Part shown: positions 1 to 9,483 of the stretch, piece after piece
Layout of the letters: each line of letters starts with the position of its first letter
Position numbering within the stretch: position 1 is the first letter of the stretch
Source: Alphaproteobacteria bacterium
GTDB taxonomy: Bacteria > Pseudomonadota > Alphaproteobacteria > Rs-D84
Length of the DNA stretch: 64,000 bases
Reading direction: 5' to 3'
Assembly (NCBI GenBank): GCA_017615655.1
Contig: JAFZZS010000005.1
Location: 1,683-65,682, forward strand
Notes under the pieces: model-generated
What the model was told of the DNA's origin: nothing
Seen by the model: the letters and a program-made list of their open reading frames with translations, nothing else
Databases searched by the model: none
Made by a program: the position numbers and the translations under genes

Positions 1-1
1 T

Positions 2-289
2 ATTGCTTTTCTTCTTTTATCTATTTACACAGTATTAGAATTTGTTGCCTATATGCCACAAATAATTAAAATATTGAAAAGAAAATCAGCCGATGATTTA
101 AGTTTACTGTATTGGCTTACGTGGATTGCAGCCGATTTATGCTACTTTGGTTATATATTATTGGAAAGTCCAGAAATTGGTTTGATGTTCATTGTCTCTT
201 TGGATTTAGTTTTCTTGATATTCGTATTACTCTTAACAATCTATTATCAGAAACACGGTAAAAAGCGAAATAAACAAAAACATCGTTAA
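2..289 (+). CDS. PQ-loop (SemiSWEET-like) membrane protein, 5'-truncated by window edge
   Basis: Frame is open from base 2. AYMPQIIKILKRKSADDLS resembles the PQ-loop motif, followed by hydrophobic helices. Confidence 0.75.
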   Translation: MAFLLLSIYTVLEFVAYMPQIIKILKRKSADDLSLLYWLTWIAADLCYFGYILLESPEIGLMFIVSLDLVFLIFVLLLTIYYQKHGKKRNKQKHR

Positions 290-403
290 TTATAAATTCA
301 TTCACACACAGTCCTATGCTGGAAACACACAAACGCCCCAAGAATTAAAGACGCCGCCATTCCTGGAATACAAGCAATTTTGTTAGTAAAAATATTTAAA
401 CTA

Positions 404-739
404 CTATCTGGATCTTACCATACTTTCCAACGCATCCAGCATGCCATCTATGGCATCGGTCGTTGATTTCATCCCCTCAACCACCGTTTGATCCATATTA
501 CCAGTTGCTAATCTTAAATTTCTAAGTTGTTCTATCACCGTCTTAGGCGCTTCAAAAACCATTTGATTTAACAATTCTGATTGACCTTCTATAAGTTTTT
601 GAACAAGTTCGGCGCCTTTGATAAATTCTTCCGAAGGATTTTCATTATGCGGTGCATCTAGTAATTTTTTCAACCGTTCTGCACGTTGAATCAATAAACT
701 TTGCGCCTCTGCTACGCGTTCTGCTACAAGATCTGCCAT
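404..739 (-). CDS. hypothetical helical protein
   Basis: 111-aa ORF with AGGAG RBS upstream; no recognisable motif. Confidence 0.6.
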   Translation of the reverse strand: MADLVAERVAEAQSLLIQRAERLKKLLDAPHNENPSEEFIKGAELVQKLIEGQSELLNQMVFEAPKTVIEQLRNLRLATGNMDQTVVEGMKSTTDAIDGMLDALESMVRSR

Positions 740-871
740 AATATCTCCTTTTCAGAAATTGTACCATAAATTACACCATAAAACAATAAATTTTGATTTT
801 TAATGTATATAAAAAGCCCGCTTTCATGCACAAAACGAGCTTTCAATTTATTTGTTTAATTTCAGATAAAA

Positions 872-1552
872 TTATTTCTTTTTTCTGGGTTCATGGCACT
901 CACCTTCACCTTCTTTGGGACAACACGCAAAATTCATTTGCGAAACTTCTTTGAATTTTTCACCTTCACAACACCCATATCGATTCGGTTTTGTCCCGTC
1001 ATCACATAACCCATTAGCGATATTTTCAGCAATCTTTCGTTCTTGTTCTGCTTGTTCGGCTGCTATTTCTTCTGGTGTTTTTACTGGTTCTGCCGGTTTT
1101 TCTTCGATAACAACTGGTTCAGCGACAACATCAGTTTCTTCTTCAACTACTGGGACATCAACGACCATCACAGGATTTACATTTTCATAATTATGAACAG
1201 GTCTACGATTAGCACGTGCCGCACATTGTGTCCGTTGACGAGACAACATAGTTTCCAATTCTGATTTTAATTCTGGATATGCTTTCACATCTTCGCGCAA
1301 TTCTTTAACTCGTTCATTTATTTCTTTACAAGTCATACGTACTGAAACTGTGCGAACTTCGTCAATTTCCATATTTTCATCATCATTCATTACATCAAAT
1401 TCAAAATCATATTCTATACTTTCAGGCTCAATAAATACTTCCTCTGCAACTTCTTCTAGCTCTGTGTTATCAGACTCTTCTTCAGCAAACGAATAACCTG
1501 AAAATACCGCGAAAACCAGTGCGACAAAAAATCCTATTATTTTTATATTCAT
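872..1552 (-). CDS. secreted acidic protein with Cys-rich C-terminus
   Basis: Signal peptide, Glu-rich body, C-terminal C..CC..CC..C cluster. Confidence 0.6.
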   Translation of the reverse strand: MNIKIIGFFVALVFAVFSGYSFAEEESDNTELEEVAEEVFIEPESIEYDFEFDVMNDDENMEIDEVRTVSVRMTCKEINERVKELREDVKAYPELKSELETMLSRQRTQCAARANRRPVHNYENVNPVMVVDVPVVEEETDVVAEPVVIEEKPAEPVKTPEEIAAEQAEQERKIAENIANGLCDDGTKPNRYGCCEGEKFKEVSQMNFACCPKEGEGECHEPRKKK

Positions 1553-1564
1553 CGTAACACCTTT

Positions 1565-2323
1565 TTATTCTTCTATGACGCGTTGCAATTCCATAATAAA
1601 ATCGATTCCTGGGTTTATAAGTTTTTCTGCCTTTTTAATATACTTTCTTGCTTCATTTTGCATTTGTAATTTTTTGTATGTCCCTACAGTATAACGCATT
1701 TCATCCTGACTTATACTATCATCGCGTACCTTTATACCATCAGCAATCTGCAATTCATCCAAGGCCATCTGTTTATACTTTTCAGAATTTTCTGGGCATC
1801 CATCTTCTGCCATCTGAGAGTACACACGTGCATTTCGCGAATGTTCCCAAGATGCAGGATTATCCCTTGTAATTAATTCAAATTTTAATTGTTTTTCAAT
1901 TACTTCGCACGGACGAATTCCTGGGACATCCGCGAAATTCTCTTCACCATATTTTACGTACAGCATCGCATCATCTAATTCACGCTCAGATTCTGCAAAA
2001 TTTGCGAATCTTTCTTTATTTTTTTCACAACCAATCTTTACCAATTTTTCGTAAATACGTGCATTATGCGCATGATCATTTTCGGTTAATAAACGCTGTA
2101 AATTTTCTTCTTTCACACGACACGGCATAGTATTTCGTTCTACAAAATTCTCTACTTTTTCGGTTGTGTCCACCATACGCGCGTGTTTATATCCCCACAA
2201 CGACACCCCCGTCATCATTCCACAGACAAAAATACCAATAAGCGCCAACCACGCAATTATTTTGTGTTTGCGTGAGTAAACATAACTTTTACTTTCTGAT
2301 GTTTTTTTTGTGGTATTTCTCAT
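1565..2323 (-). CDS. membrane-anchored hypothetical protein with duplicated Cys-containing module
   Basis: N-terminal TM helix; two copies of PC..E..L...H..NAR.Y......GC..N.E. Confidence 0.6.
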   Translation of the reverse strand: MRNTTKKTSESKSYVYSRKHKIIAWLALIGIFVCGMMTGVSLWGYKHARMVDTTEKVENFVERNTMPCRVKEENLQRLLTENDHAHNARIYEKLVKIGCEKNKERFANFAESERELDDAMLYVKYGEENFADVPGIRPCEVIEKQLKFELITRDNPASWEHSRNARVYSQMAEDGCPENSEKYKQMALDELQIADGIKVRDDSISQDEMRYTVGTYKKLQMQNEARKYIKKAEKLINPGIDFIMELQRVIEE

Positions 2324-2349
2324 TTCTCTCTCCCCTTTTAAATATTATA

Positions 2350-3075
2350 TCACTTTACAAATCCATTTTTAATTGTAATTCGCCTGTCCGCGCGATTCGC
2401 CAAAGACATATCATGCGTCACAAATAACATCGCCATTTTATTCTTGCGCGCCAAATCCAATAAAAGTTCAAATACCGCAACAGCATGTTTAGGGTCCAAA
2501 CTCCCTGTAGGTTCGTCCGCCAATAATATATCCGGCATATTAGCCAATGCACGCGCAACCGCCGTTCTTTGTTGTTCTCCACCGGACATCTGCCCTGGCA
2601 AATGTGACACACGATGTGAAACATTTGCAGCTTTCAATAACTTCATTGCACGTGTTCGTGCGACATCCTCGGTAACACCATTTGCCAACATAGGCAACAT
2701 AACATTTTCCAACGCTGTAAAATCAGATAATAAATTATGTCGCTGGTATACAAACCCTAACTTACGACGACGAATCATTGTCCGCATTTCATCATTCATT
2801 GCATGCACAGGTGTTCCACATACTAAAATACTGCCCCCAGATGGTTTATCTAATAATCCAACACATTGCAACAGTGTGGACTTACCACTGCCCGAAGGTC
2901 CAACCAGCGCGACAATTTCGCCACGATGCAGATCGAACCCACCACCTGTTAAAATGTGTAATGGCTGTCCCCCTTCGATAAATGTCTTTTTTATATCACG
3001 CACCGACAGGACGATTTCGCCCTGCTTTGCTCGCGATAAAGAATTTAATATAGACGCCATTACTCTATTCCCCAT
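2350..3075 (-). CDS. lolD: lipoprotein-releasing ABC transporter ATP-binding protein
   Basis: Walker A GPSGSGKST, SGGEQQR, LADEPTGSLD; adjacent to lolC/E. Confidence 0.93.
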   Translation of the reverse strand: MGNRVMASILNSLSRAKQGEIVLSVRDIKKTFIEGGQPLHILTGGGFDLHRGEIVALVGPSGSGKSTLLQCVGLLDKPSGGSILVCGTPVHAMNDEMRTMIRRRKLGFVYQRHNLLSDFTALENVMLPMLANGVTEDVARTRAMKLLKAANVSHRVSHLPGQMSGGEQQRTAVARALANMPDILLADEPTGSLDPKHAVAVFELLLDLARKNKMAMLFVTHDMSLANRADRRITIKNGFVK

Positions 3076-3120
3076 CTATTACCGTTAATGATAACACTTT
3101 ATTTGCGTTTTTCAAAATTT

Positions 3121-4374
3121 CTATTCATTTCGCAACACCTCGACTGGATCAGTGTTTGCCGCTTTCCATGCCGGGTATATAGTCGCCAAAAATGCCAGCG
3201 CTATCGCAATTACCGCAATACCTATTACCGTCAAAGGCTCGACTCGCGATGGCAATTCTGACAAATAATAAAGTTCCGCAGGAAATAAATCACGACCTGT
3301 TATCCATTGGAAAAACTGCCGTATTGGCTCAATGTAAATTGCAACAATTATACCAAGTACTGTTCCAAAGATTGCGCCAATCACACCAATACTGGTCCCG
3401 GATAATACAAATATACGCATCATTGAACGACGTGATACCCCAAATGTTCGTAATACTGCGATATCTTTTGATTTATCTTTCACCAACATGACAAGCGATG
3501 AAACTATATTAAATGCCGCCACAATCACAATTAGCATCAAAATCAAAAACATCACATTTGATTCTACTTGTAACGCGCCAACAAACCCTTTATTCAAATC
3601 ACGCCAATCGCGCACCACATACCCATCCGGCAAAAGCGAAATCAACGCATCACGGACAGAATCAGTTTTTTCAGCATTTTTTAGAAATAAATCTATGTGT
3701 GTCACCGCATCCCCAAGATTTAAATATTTTTGTGCAGTTTCCAGTGGCATAAACACATAACCCGAATCATATTCATACATACCCATAAAGAATGAGGTCA
3801 TTACGGGATATGACATGATTCTTGGCATTGTTCCAAATGCGGTAACAGTCGCACCATTTGCCGAAACCAGCGACACATTATCACCCATATGTGCACCAAG
3901 CTTCCGCGCCAATGTCGCACCAATAACAAGTTCACCATCGCGAATATCTGTAAGTTTCTTGCCGTATACACGTGTTCCTGTTGTCGTTTTTGTTACTAAA
4001 TCAGACATTCGTATTCCACGAATCATTGCACCAGAATTATTACCCTTGGCGGTAACCATGACCTGACCTTCGGCAATCGGAACTATAGAGGTTACCGAAT
4101 TAGTAACTGTTTTACTTTCACGCATTTTATTGATTAAAAAATCATAATCACCAATGATACCATCTTGATGGTATACAACCACATGACCGTTCATTCCGAC
4201 GATTCGCGATAACAGGGTATCATGAAATCCCCCCATCACAGACATAACGACAATAAGAGTTGCCACCCCAAGTGTTATACCAATAAGCGAAACCCACGAC
4301 ACAACCGAACCAAAACCACGTCTTTTGGCCGCTAAATATCTAAACGCAATCTTTCTTTCAAGTTTTGTAAACAT
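3121..4374 (-). CDS. lolE: lipoprotein-releasing ABC transporter permease LolC/E
   Basis: GITLGVATLIVVMSVMGGF, AAFNIVSSLVMLVKDK..DIAVLRT.G, YPAWKAA..DPVEVLR. Confidence 0.92.
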   Translation of the reverse strand: MFTKLERKIAFRYLAAKRRGFGSVVSWVSLIGITLGVATLIVVMSVMGGFHDTLLSRIVGMNGHVVVYHQDGIIGDYDFLINKMRESKTVTNSVTSIVPIAEGQVMVTAKGNNSGAMIRGIRMSDLVTKTTTGTRVYGKKLTDIRDGELVIGATLARKLGAHMGDNVSLVSANGATVTAFGTMPRIMSYPVMTSFFMGMYEYDSGYVFMPLETAQKYLNLGDAVTHIDLFLKNAEKTDSVRDALISLLPDGYVVRDWRDLNKGFVGALQVESNVMFLILMLIVIVAAFNIVSSLVMLVKDKSKDIAVLRTFGVSRRSMMRIFVLSGTSIGVIGAIFGTVLGIIVAIYIEPIRQFFQWITGRDLFPAELYYLSELPSRVEPLTVIGIAVIAIALAFLATIYPAWKAANTDPVEVLRNE

Positions 4375-4416
4375 ATACTTACTCTATATAATATATTATG
4401 ATTCTATCATAACTTA

Positions 4417-5751
4417 TTATTTCTGCAAGTAATTACGTAACGCATCACCAATCAAAACGTCATTATCCGGTATATCCGCCGGATCAACAATAGAAACGAT
4501 TCTTGGCGACATAAACACAACCAATTCTGCAAACGGACTAATTAATGTCTCTGGGGTTGTGACAAACGAGTGTGTCGGAATACCTATTATAATGTAATTA
4601 TCACCAACACTTGATGGAACCGTAAATGATGACAATTCACCATGTGTAGTTGTTAGAACTATCTTGGCATCAATTTTCTTGCGCCCCGCGAAATCGCTAT
4701 ACTTTGCAGATGCCCCGACAATCAAATCTGTTTCTAATCTTTCTTCCTTGCCACACTGTCCAATATCAAATCTTGATTGCCAACCATCAGGTACTACGAA
4801 ACGTCCTTGTGATATCAAAACAACATTTGCTTGCTGTGATAAAAATTCCTGTAAAGTCTTGGTATTTATCTCAGGACCAACAACAAGTGTACGCCCTACT
4901 ACTCCTGGAATGGACATTTTTATATTTTTTTCACCAAATGCTGGTAACAAATTCATCCATATAATTGGATTATCTGTACGAGGATAAACACGATACACAT
5001 CCATATCCCACGCCATTACATATTTCTTAGAAGATATATCCGAGATTATACGTGCGACCTCGCGTTCTGTTTGATAATTACCCTCAAATATAACTGTATT
5101 ATCCGCCCAATCTACAATTAAATTACGGACATCAGCACCGTGCATGGCATCCAATAACGCCATAACGATTGTATCATCATGTGGCATTTTGATTAACCAC
5201 TTTCCACGATTAAAAAGTTTTATTTCACCTAATCCCGCATCATATGAATAATAGACACGCCCAAGTCGCGTAATCAAATCAACCGCATCTGATAAATTAC
5301 CAGACGCGATAGACCCAGAAACCTTTTCAATAACTTGCTCCTGTTCAACAACCGCTATATCTGTACCTTCAAGTAACTTGGTCAACGCCGATGTGACACT
5401 CTGCTTTTTAAAATCGTAATCTGAAACTGTCAAATCAGGGGGCAGTTCATCTCCTTTATTAATTCTTACCACTTCTATTTTTTCTTCTGGTACAACCGAT
5501 ACAACTGACTGGTTATCCCAATTCACAGTGCAACGGCGTGGCAACTCAATCGAAAACCTGCGCGCGGTATCGGTCGTAAGAGCAGCTTTCTTTGGAAAAA
5601 TTGGTACAGAATTATCATCTATGACCAAATTATCAATAACCTGGACGGTGTCATACTCAATTGTGTTTGTTTCGTCTGGTGCCTGCATACAACCCGCCAC
5701 AACTAATCCAGCCACAATAATAAAAGCAAATATTTTTTTCATGCGTTTCAC
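4417..5751 (-). CDS. lipoprotein secretin-like protein (type IVb pilus PilN/BfpB-like)
   Basis: Lipobox VVAGC, STN/N-domain-like region, C-terminal ELVVFMSPRIV typical of secretins. Confidence 0.6.
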   Translation of the reverse strand: MKRMKKIFAFIIVAGLVVAGCMQAPDETNTIEYDTVQVIDNLVIDDNSVPIFPKKAALTTDTARRFSIELPRRCTVNWDNQSVVSVVPEEKIEVVRINKGDELPPDLTVSDYDFKKQSVTSALTKLLEGTDIAVVEQEQVIEKVSGSIASGNLSDAVDLITRLGRVYYSYDAGLGEIKLFNRGKWLIKMPHDDTIVMALLDAMHGADVRNLIVDWADNTVIFEGNYQTEREVARIISDISSKKYVMAWDMDVYRVYPRTDNPIIWMNLLPAFGEKNIKMSIPGVVGRTLVVGPEINTKTLQEFLSQQANVVLISQGRFVVPDGWQSRFDIGQCGKEERLETDLIVGASAKYSDFAGRKKIDAKIVLTTTHGELSSFTVPSSVGDNYIIIGIPTHSFVTTPETLISPFAELVVFMSPRIVSIVDPADIPDNDVLIGDALRNYLQK

Positions 5752-5765
5752 CTAATGTTTCATGT

Positions 5766-6089
5766 TTATATATTCATTACCTTTTCGAACTCTTCTAACG
5801 TCATCTCATAGATTGGCTTTTGAGATGGTGTCACCAAACTATGCACATGCGCCAGCTGTGCACGAAATTTTTCTACAACCGAAACAACATCTGCCGACAC
5901 ATTTTTTTTCGATTTTAGCAAACGTTCACCATATTCTACAACAAATTCTAACACATCAGCAGCAAAAAAACGACCAACATAATTCTCCATCGCAATTCCG
6001 CCTTTGGTCACACATATTGCAGACATAACCTTGGCGGTTTGATTATAAAAATTCGCCAACTTAATAAAATTATCAACTGTTAATGCCAT
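5766..6089 (-). CDS. hypothetical protein
   Basis: Start placed at MALTV after a GGGGG RBS. Confidence 0.5.
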   Translation of the reverse strand: MALTVDNFIKLANFYNQTAKVMSAICVTKGGIAMENYVGRFFAADVLEFVVEYGERLLKSKKNVSADVVSVVEKFRAQLAHVHSLVTPSQKPIYEMTLEEFEKVMNI

Positions 6090-6163
6090 CTCTTTTCCCC
6101 CGATATTTTTATACATTATAAAAACTATTGCCACCAAAACGCAATTAAATTATAATAACATAC

Positions 6164-6553
6164 ATGAGAATGTTTAAATTATTTTTATTTGCCGGAATTT
6201 TCGGGCTTTGCGCATGTGCCTCCCCTAACGGGGGCAGCATAGATAACGCAACTATTCTGAATTGGGAAAACGAATCTGTTACCACAGAACAGTTTGTTCG
6301 CGATCACAAGGCCTGTTTAGGAATAGATCAACCGTCTTATATGCCGCGTTCCCGTCTTGCAAAATTATTATCACCGAATCAAAGTGCACGTATGCCAGAT
6401 TGGGATGGTCTTTGGGTAACATTTCAATCTAATGAATACAAAGATGTAGGTCAGCGTGCGTTGCTTTCTGTTCCGCGAAATACAACTTCTCGATCTGTTG
6501 GTTCATATCGTAAATGCATGTTCCATCGTGGTTACTTGTTGCGTGCAATGTAA
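6164..6553 (+). CDS. hypothetical lipoprotein
   Basis: Signal peptide with LCAC lipobox; D..AC and Y..CM..RGY motifs. Confidence 0.6.
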   Translation: MRMFKLFLFAGIFGLCACASPNGGSIDNATILNWENESVTTEQFVRDHKACLGIDQPSYMPRSRLAKLLSPNQSARMPDWDGLWVTFQSNEYKDVGQRALLSVPRNTTSRSVGSYRKCMFHRGYLLRAM

Positions 6554-6606
6554 AAATTTGCTGCCAAAACTTTCATATTAAATAAAACTGTGGTATAATA
6601 CTGCGT

Positions 6607-7287
6607 ATGAGACGTAACTTATGGTTTTGGCTTTATTTTATTCTGGCGGTTTTACTTGCCATATACTTTGTAACACGAATTGTTATGACATTTATGGGGT
6701 ATGGTCCAATTGCACGTGTTAAAACGATATCCATATCTGCAGATACACATAACAAGGATTTAACCGCTATTGCCTCAGCGGTGGGGATATCACCTGGAAC
6801 TTATACACATTCAATAAATCTGGAACTAGTAAATGAAAGACTATTAAATACACCTGGTATTCGCGAATCATCTGTTCGCAGATTACCAAATGGAAATTTA
6901 TCTGTAAAAATACACCTTTATCGTGCAGTTGCTGCATGGACAGACGGAACATATTATTATCCACTTTCTGCAGATGGAACTATCGTCAAGAAACCCGCAG
7001 AAGAAAAATCCCCAGGGACAGTCATATTTCGTGGTGATGTTCCAAAAGACATTGGTGAAATAACCAAGGCGGCAACAAATCTGATTGGTGATTTGGACTA
7101 TTTATATTTCATAGATAATCGTCGTTGGAACCTGGTAACAACTGGTGGTATAACGGTTATGTTACCCGAAGAAGATCCAATCGCAGCAATTGCGTCTCTT
7201 ATTGTATTAAACGACAAACACAAAATATTATCTAAAAATTTACAAGTAATTGATATGCGAGATCCAACAAGAATCTTAGTAAAATGA
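6607..7287 (+). CDS. ftsQ: cell division protein FtsQ
   Basis: TM helix, POTRA (SVRRLPNG.L.V), RRWNL, IDMRDP.R; directly upstream of ftsA. Confidence 0.88.
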   Translation: MRRNLWFWLYFILAVLLAIYFVTRIVMTFMGYGPIARVKTISISADTHNKDLTAIASAVGISPGTYTHSINLELVNERLLNTPGIRESSVRRLPNGNLSVKIHLYRAVAAWTDGTYYYPLSADGTIVKKPAEEKSPGTVIFRGDVPKDIGEITKAATNLIGDLDYLYFIDNRRWNLVTTGGITVMLPEEDPIAAIASLIVLNDKHKILSKNLQVIDMRDPTRILVK

Positions 7288-9062
7288 ATATGATTGATTC
7301 GGCTTTTTTATGTCTTGATATCGGCACGTGCGGTGTTAGGGGCATGGCACATCGTATTCGTAATGCACAGATTGATCGCAGTGCTTATTATTCGGTTGAT
7401 GATTTTGATACTGTATTCGCATTAAAATCTGTCATAGATGAGCTGGAACGCCAGATTGGAACACATTTTGATACAACGTATATTACAGGAAATTTTGGTC
7501 CGTCTTTTTTCAAAATGTCGCCGCAAAATACGGTATGGTCATCTGACCATAAAATAACCGCAGCAGATGTAAAATCACAAATTGAAAACATCGATACACC
7601 AGACGGTTTTTACCCTATGCACATAATTCCATTGCGTTATGACACACCAAAAATACGAAATATGTTATCGCCAATCGGGCATACTGACCGTCAACTTGTG
7701 TCCGCTTTTTCCGCATTATTTTTTGATAATGAACACATGAATAAAATACTGGAATTATTGCGGCATGCACATATTCAACCTGTTGGTTTCTATGCGCCAC
7801 ATTTTCTAGAAAATGCGGAATTCGCATCACATAAAACACCGTTAATGTTTATTGATTTGGGTGCGGAAAATACAACTGTATCAATTTGGACAACACGTGG
7901 TCTTGTTTGGTACAGTGCACCGGCAATTGGTGGAAATGATTTAACAAATGAAATTTCAACAAATTTGGCTATTTCTTTCTCCGAAGCAGAACGTATAAAA
8001 TGCGCTGTTGCAAATCTTAAATCAAATGAAATGGCGCGCTTTAGCCCGGCAGATACCGCATACGCATTTTCTTGTGCCGACGTGAATGACATAGTGGTCC
8101 CATTTTATACAAATTTAATGGAACAAATAAAAAACGATATTGCCCCACAACTTGAAAAATATTCTCCAACACAAATTATATTAACTGGTGGTGGATCACG
8201 TATAGATGGTATCGTAGATATGTTATCAGATATGTTTGATATACCAATTAATGTTCGTGGACCTGATGCTGTTGTTCGTGCGCTTGCCGATTATATATGG
8301 CGCACCCAAGAACCACATCGTCGAAAATATATTGCACGTCTTGAACGCATGCAAAAGTTTACAGATAAAATTTTAAATATATTTCATCGCAAAAAACGCA
8401 AAGCAACAAATAAAATTATCCCCATTATGCCCAGCACCCTGTGCTTTAATATGAACGCACCTGAAACATACACTCTGTTTAATTCAGCAAATATTAATGC
8501 TATACACGTTGATATAATGGACGGTTTATATGTTGATAGGATTGCTGGCGGAATCGAAGAATTACGCCGTATACGCGCATCTTGGCGTGGACACCTGCAT
8601 GTTCATTTAATGACCGAGGCACCATCTGAATGGGCCCAAGGTGTCATCGCCGCAGGTGCGGATACTGTAATACTTTCTACAAATACCGCAGGATTGCGCG
8701 CCGCAGTACAAATTGTCAAGCGTGCAAATCGGCGTGTTGGAATCGCGTTAAATCCTGAGTCTTCGGTTACATTACTTAAAAGCATTATTCGCGATTTAGA
8801 TGAAATTATGGTTATGGCGGTCAAACCTGGGGCTGCAGGTCAGAAATTTGATTCTGACGCATTACATAAAATTTCTGTTCTGGCCACTACACGCAAAAAG
8901 TACGGATTAAAATTTGTAATATCTGTTGATGGTGGCATAAACGACGAAACTGCACAATTATGTTGGAATGCAGGCGCCGATATATTAATCAGTGGATCAT
9001 ACCTTAAATCCGCACCCGATTTTCCGCTTGCAGTTCAATCACTTTTAAAGAATACGAAATAA
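7284..9062 (+). CDS. ftsA: FtsA fused to ribulose-phosphate 3-epimerase (Rpe)
   Basis: N-terminal actin-like motifs LDIGT, IDLGAENT, GG..LT, EAERIK, ILTGGGS; C-terminal HVDIMDG, HVHLM, MAVKPG..GQKF, VDGGIN in one frame. Confidence 0.85.
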   Translation: MNMIDSAFLCLDIGTCGVRGMAHRIRNAQIDRSAYYSVDDFDTVFALKSVIDELERQIGTHFDTTYITGNFGPSFFKMSPQNTVWSSDHKITAADVKSQIENIDTPDGFYPMHIIPLRYDTPKIRNMLSPIGHTDRQLVSAFSALFFDNEHMNKILELLRHAHIQPVGFYAPHFLENAEFASHKTPLMFIDLGAENTTVSIWTTRGLVWYSAPAIGGNDLTNEISTNLAISFSEAERIKCAVANLKSNEMARFSPADTAYAFSCADVNDIVVPFYTNLMEQIKNDIAPQLEKYSPTQIILTGGGSRIDGIVDMLSDMFDIPINVRGPDAVVRALADYIWRTQEPHRRKYIARLERMQKFTDKILNIFHRKKRKATNKIIPIMPSTLCFNMNAPETYTLFNSANINAIHVDIMDGLYVDRIAGGIEELRRIRASWRGHLHVHLMTEAPSEWAQGVIAAGADTVILSTNTAGLRAAVQIVKRANRRVGIALNPESSVTLLKSIIRDLDEIMVMAVKPGAAGQKFDSDALHKISVLATTRKKYGLKFVISVDGGINDETAQLCWNAGADILISGSYLKSAPDFPLAVQSLLKNTK

Positions 9063-9068
9063 TTAATC

Positions 9069-9479
9069 TTACTTAATGGTTATTTTTCTGCCATTTTCAA
9101 ATTCTGTTATTTCAATATGGATTGTATTATTTGGTAACAAATTTTTGGCTATATCCGGCCACTCAATCAATGTGATATCATTTTGTATAGCATAATCTAA
9201 ACCTATTTCGACTAATTCTGATACATCTTCAATTCGATACAAATCAAAATGTGATATTTTGATACCGTTATGAACATATGTCTGAACAAGCGTAAATGTT
9301 GGACTTGGAACCACTGTATCTTTTCCACAAATCGTTTGAATTATAGTACGTGCAATTTCTGATTTTCCAACTCCAAGATCACCATGCAAGGCAACAGTTA
9401 CAGGTGAAATAAGCGTTTTTGCAAATTCTGCTGCCCAATTTCGTGTCTCTGCAATATTTTTTGTTATCAAAGTTTTCAT
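9069..9479 (-). CDS. tsaE: tRNA threonylcarbamoyladenosine biosynthesis ATPase TsaE
   Basis: GDLGVGKS, VPSPTFTLVQ.Y, HFDLYR, LIEWP. Confidence 0.95.
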   Translation of the reverse strand: MKTLITKNIAETRNWAAEFAKTLISPVTVALHGDLGVGKSEIARTIIQTICGKDTVVPSPTFTLVQTYVHNGIKISHFDLYRIEDVSELVEIGLDYAIQNDITLIEWPDIAKNLLPNNTIHIEITEFENGRKITIK

Positions 9480-9483
9480 ATTT

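Noticed and set aside
298-400. Short minus-strand hydrophobic reading frame fragment
   Set aside because: No clear start or RBS; too short to support a pseudogene call.
2444-3088. Long antisense ORFs (also 53030-53563, 54941-55495, 16537-17010 and others)
   Set aside because: Shadows of well-identified genes on the opposite strand; no motifs.
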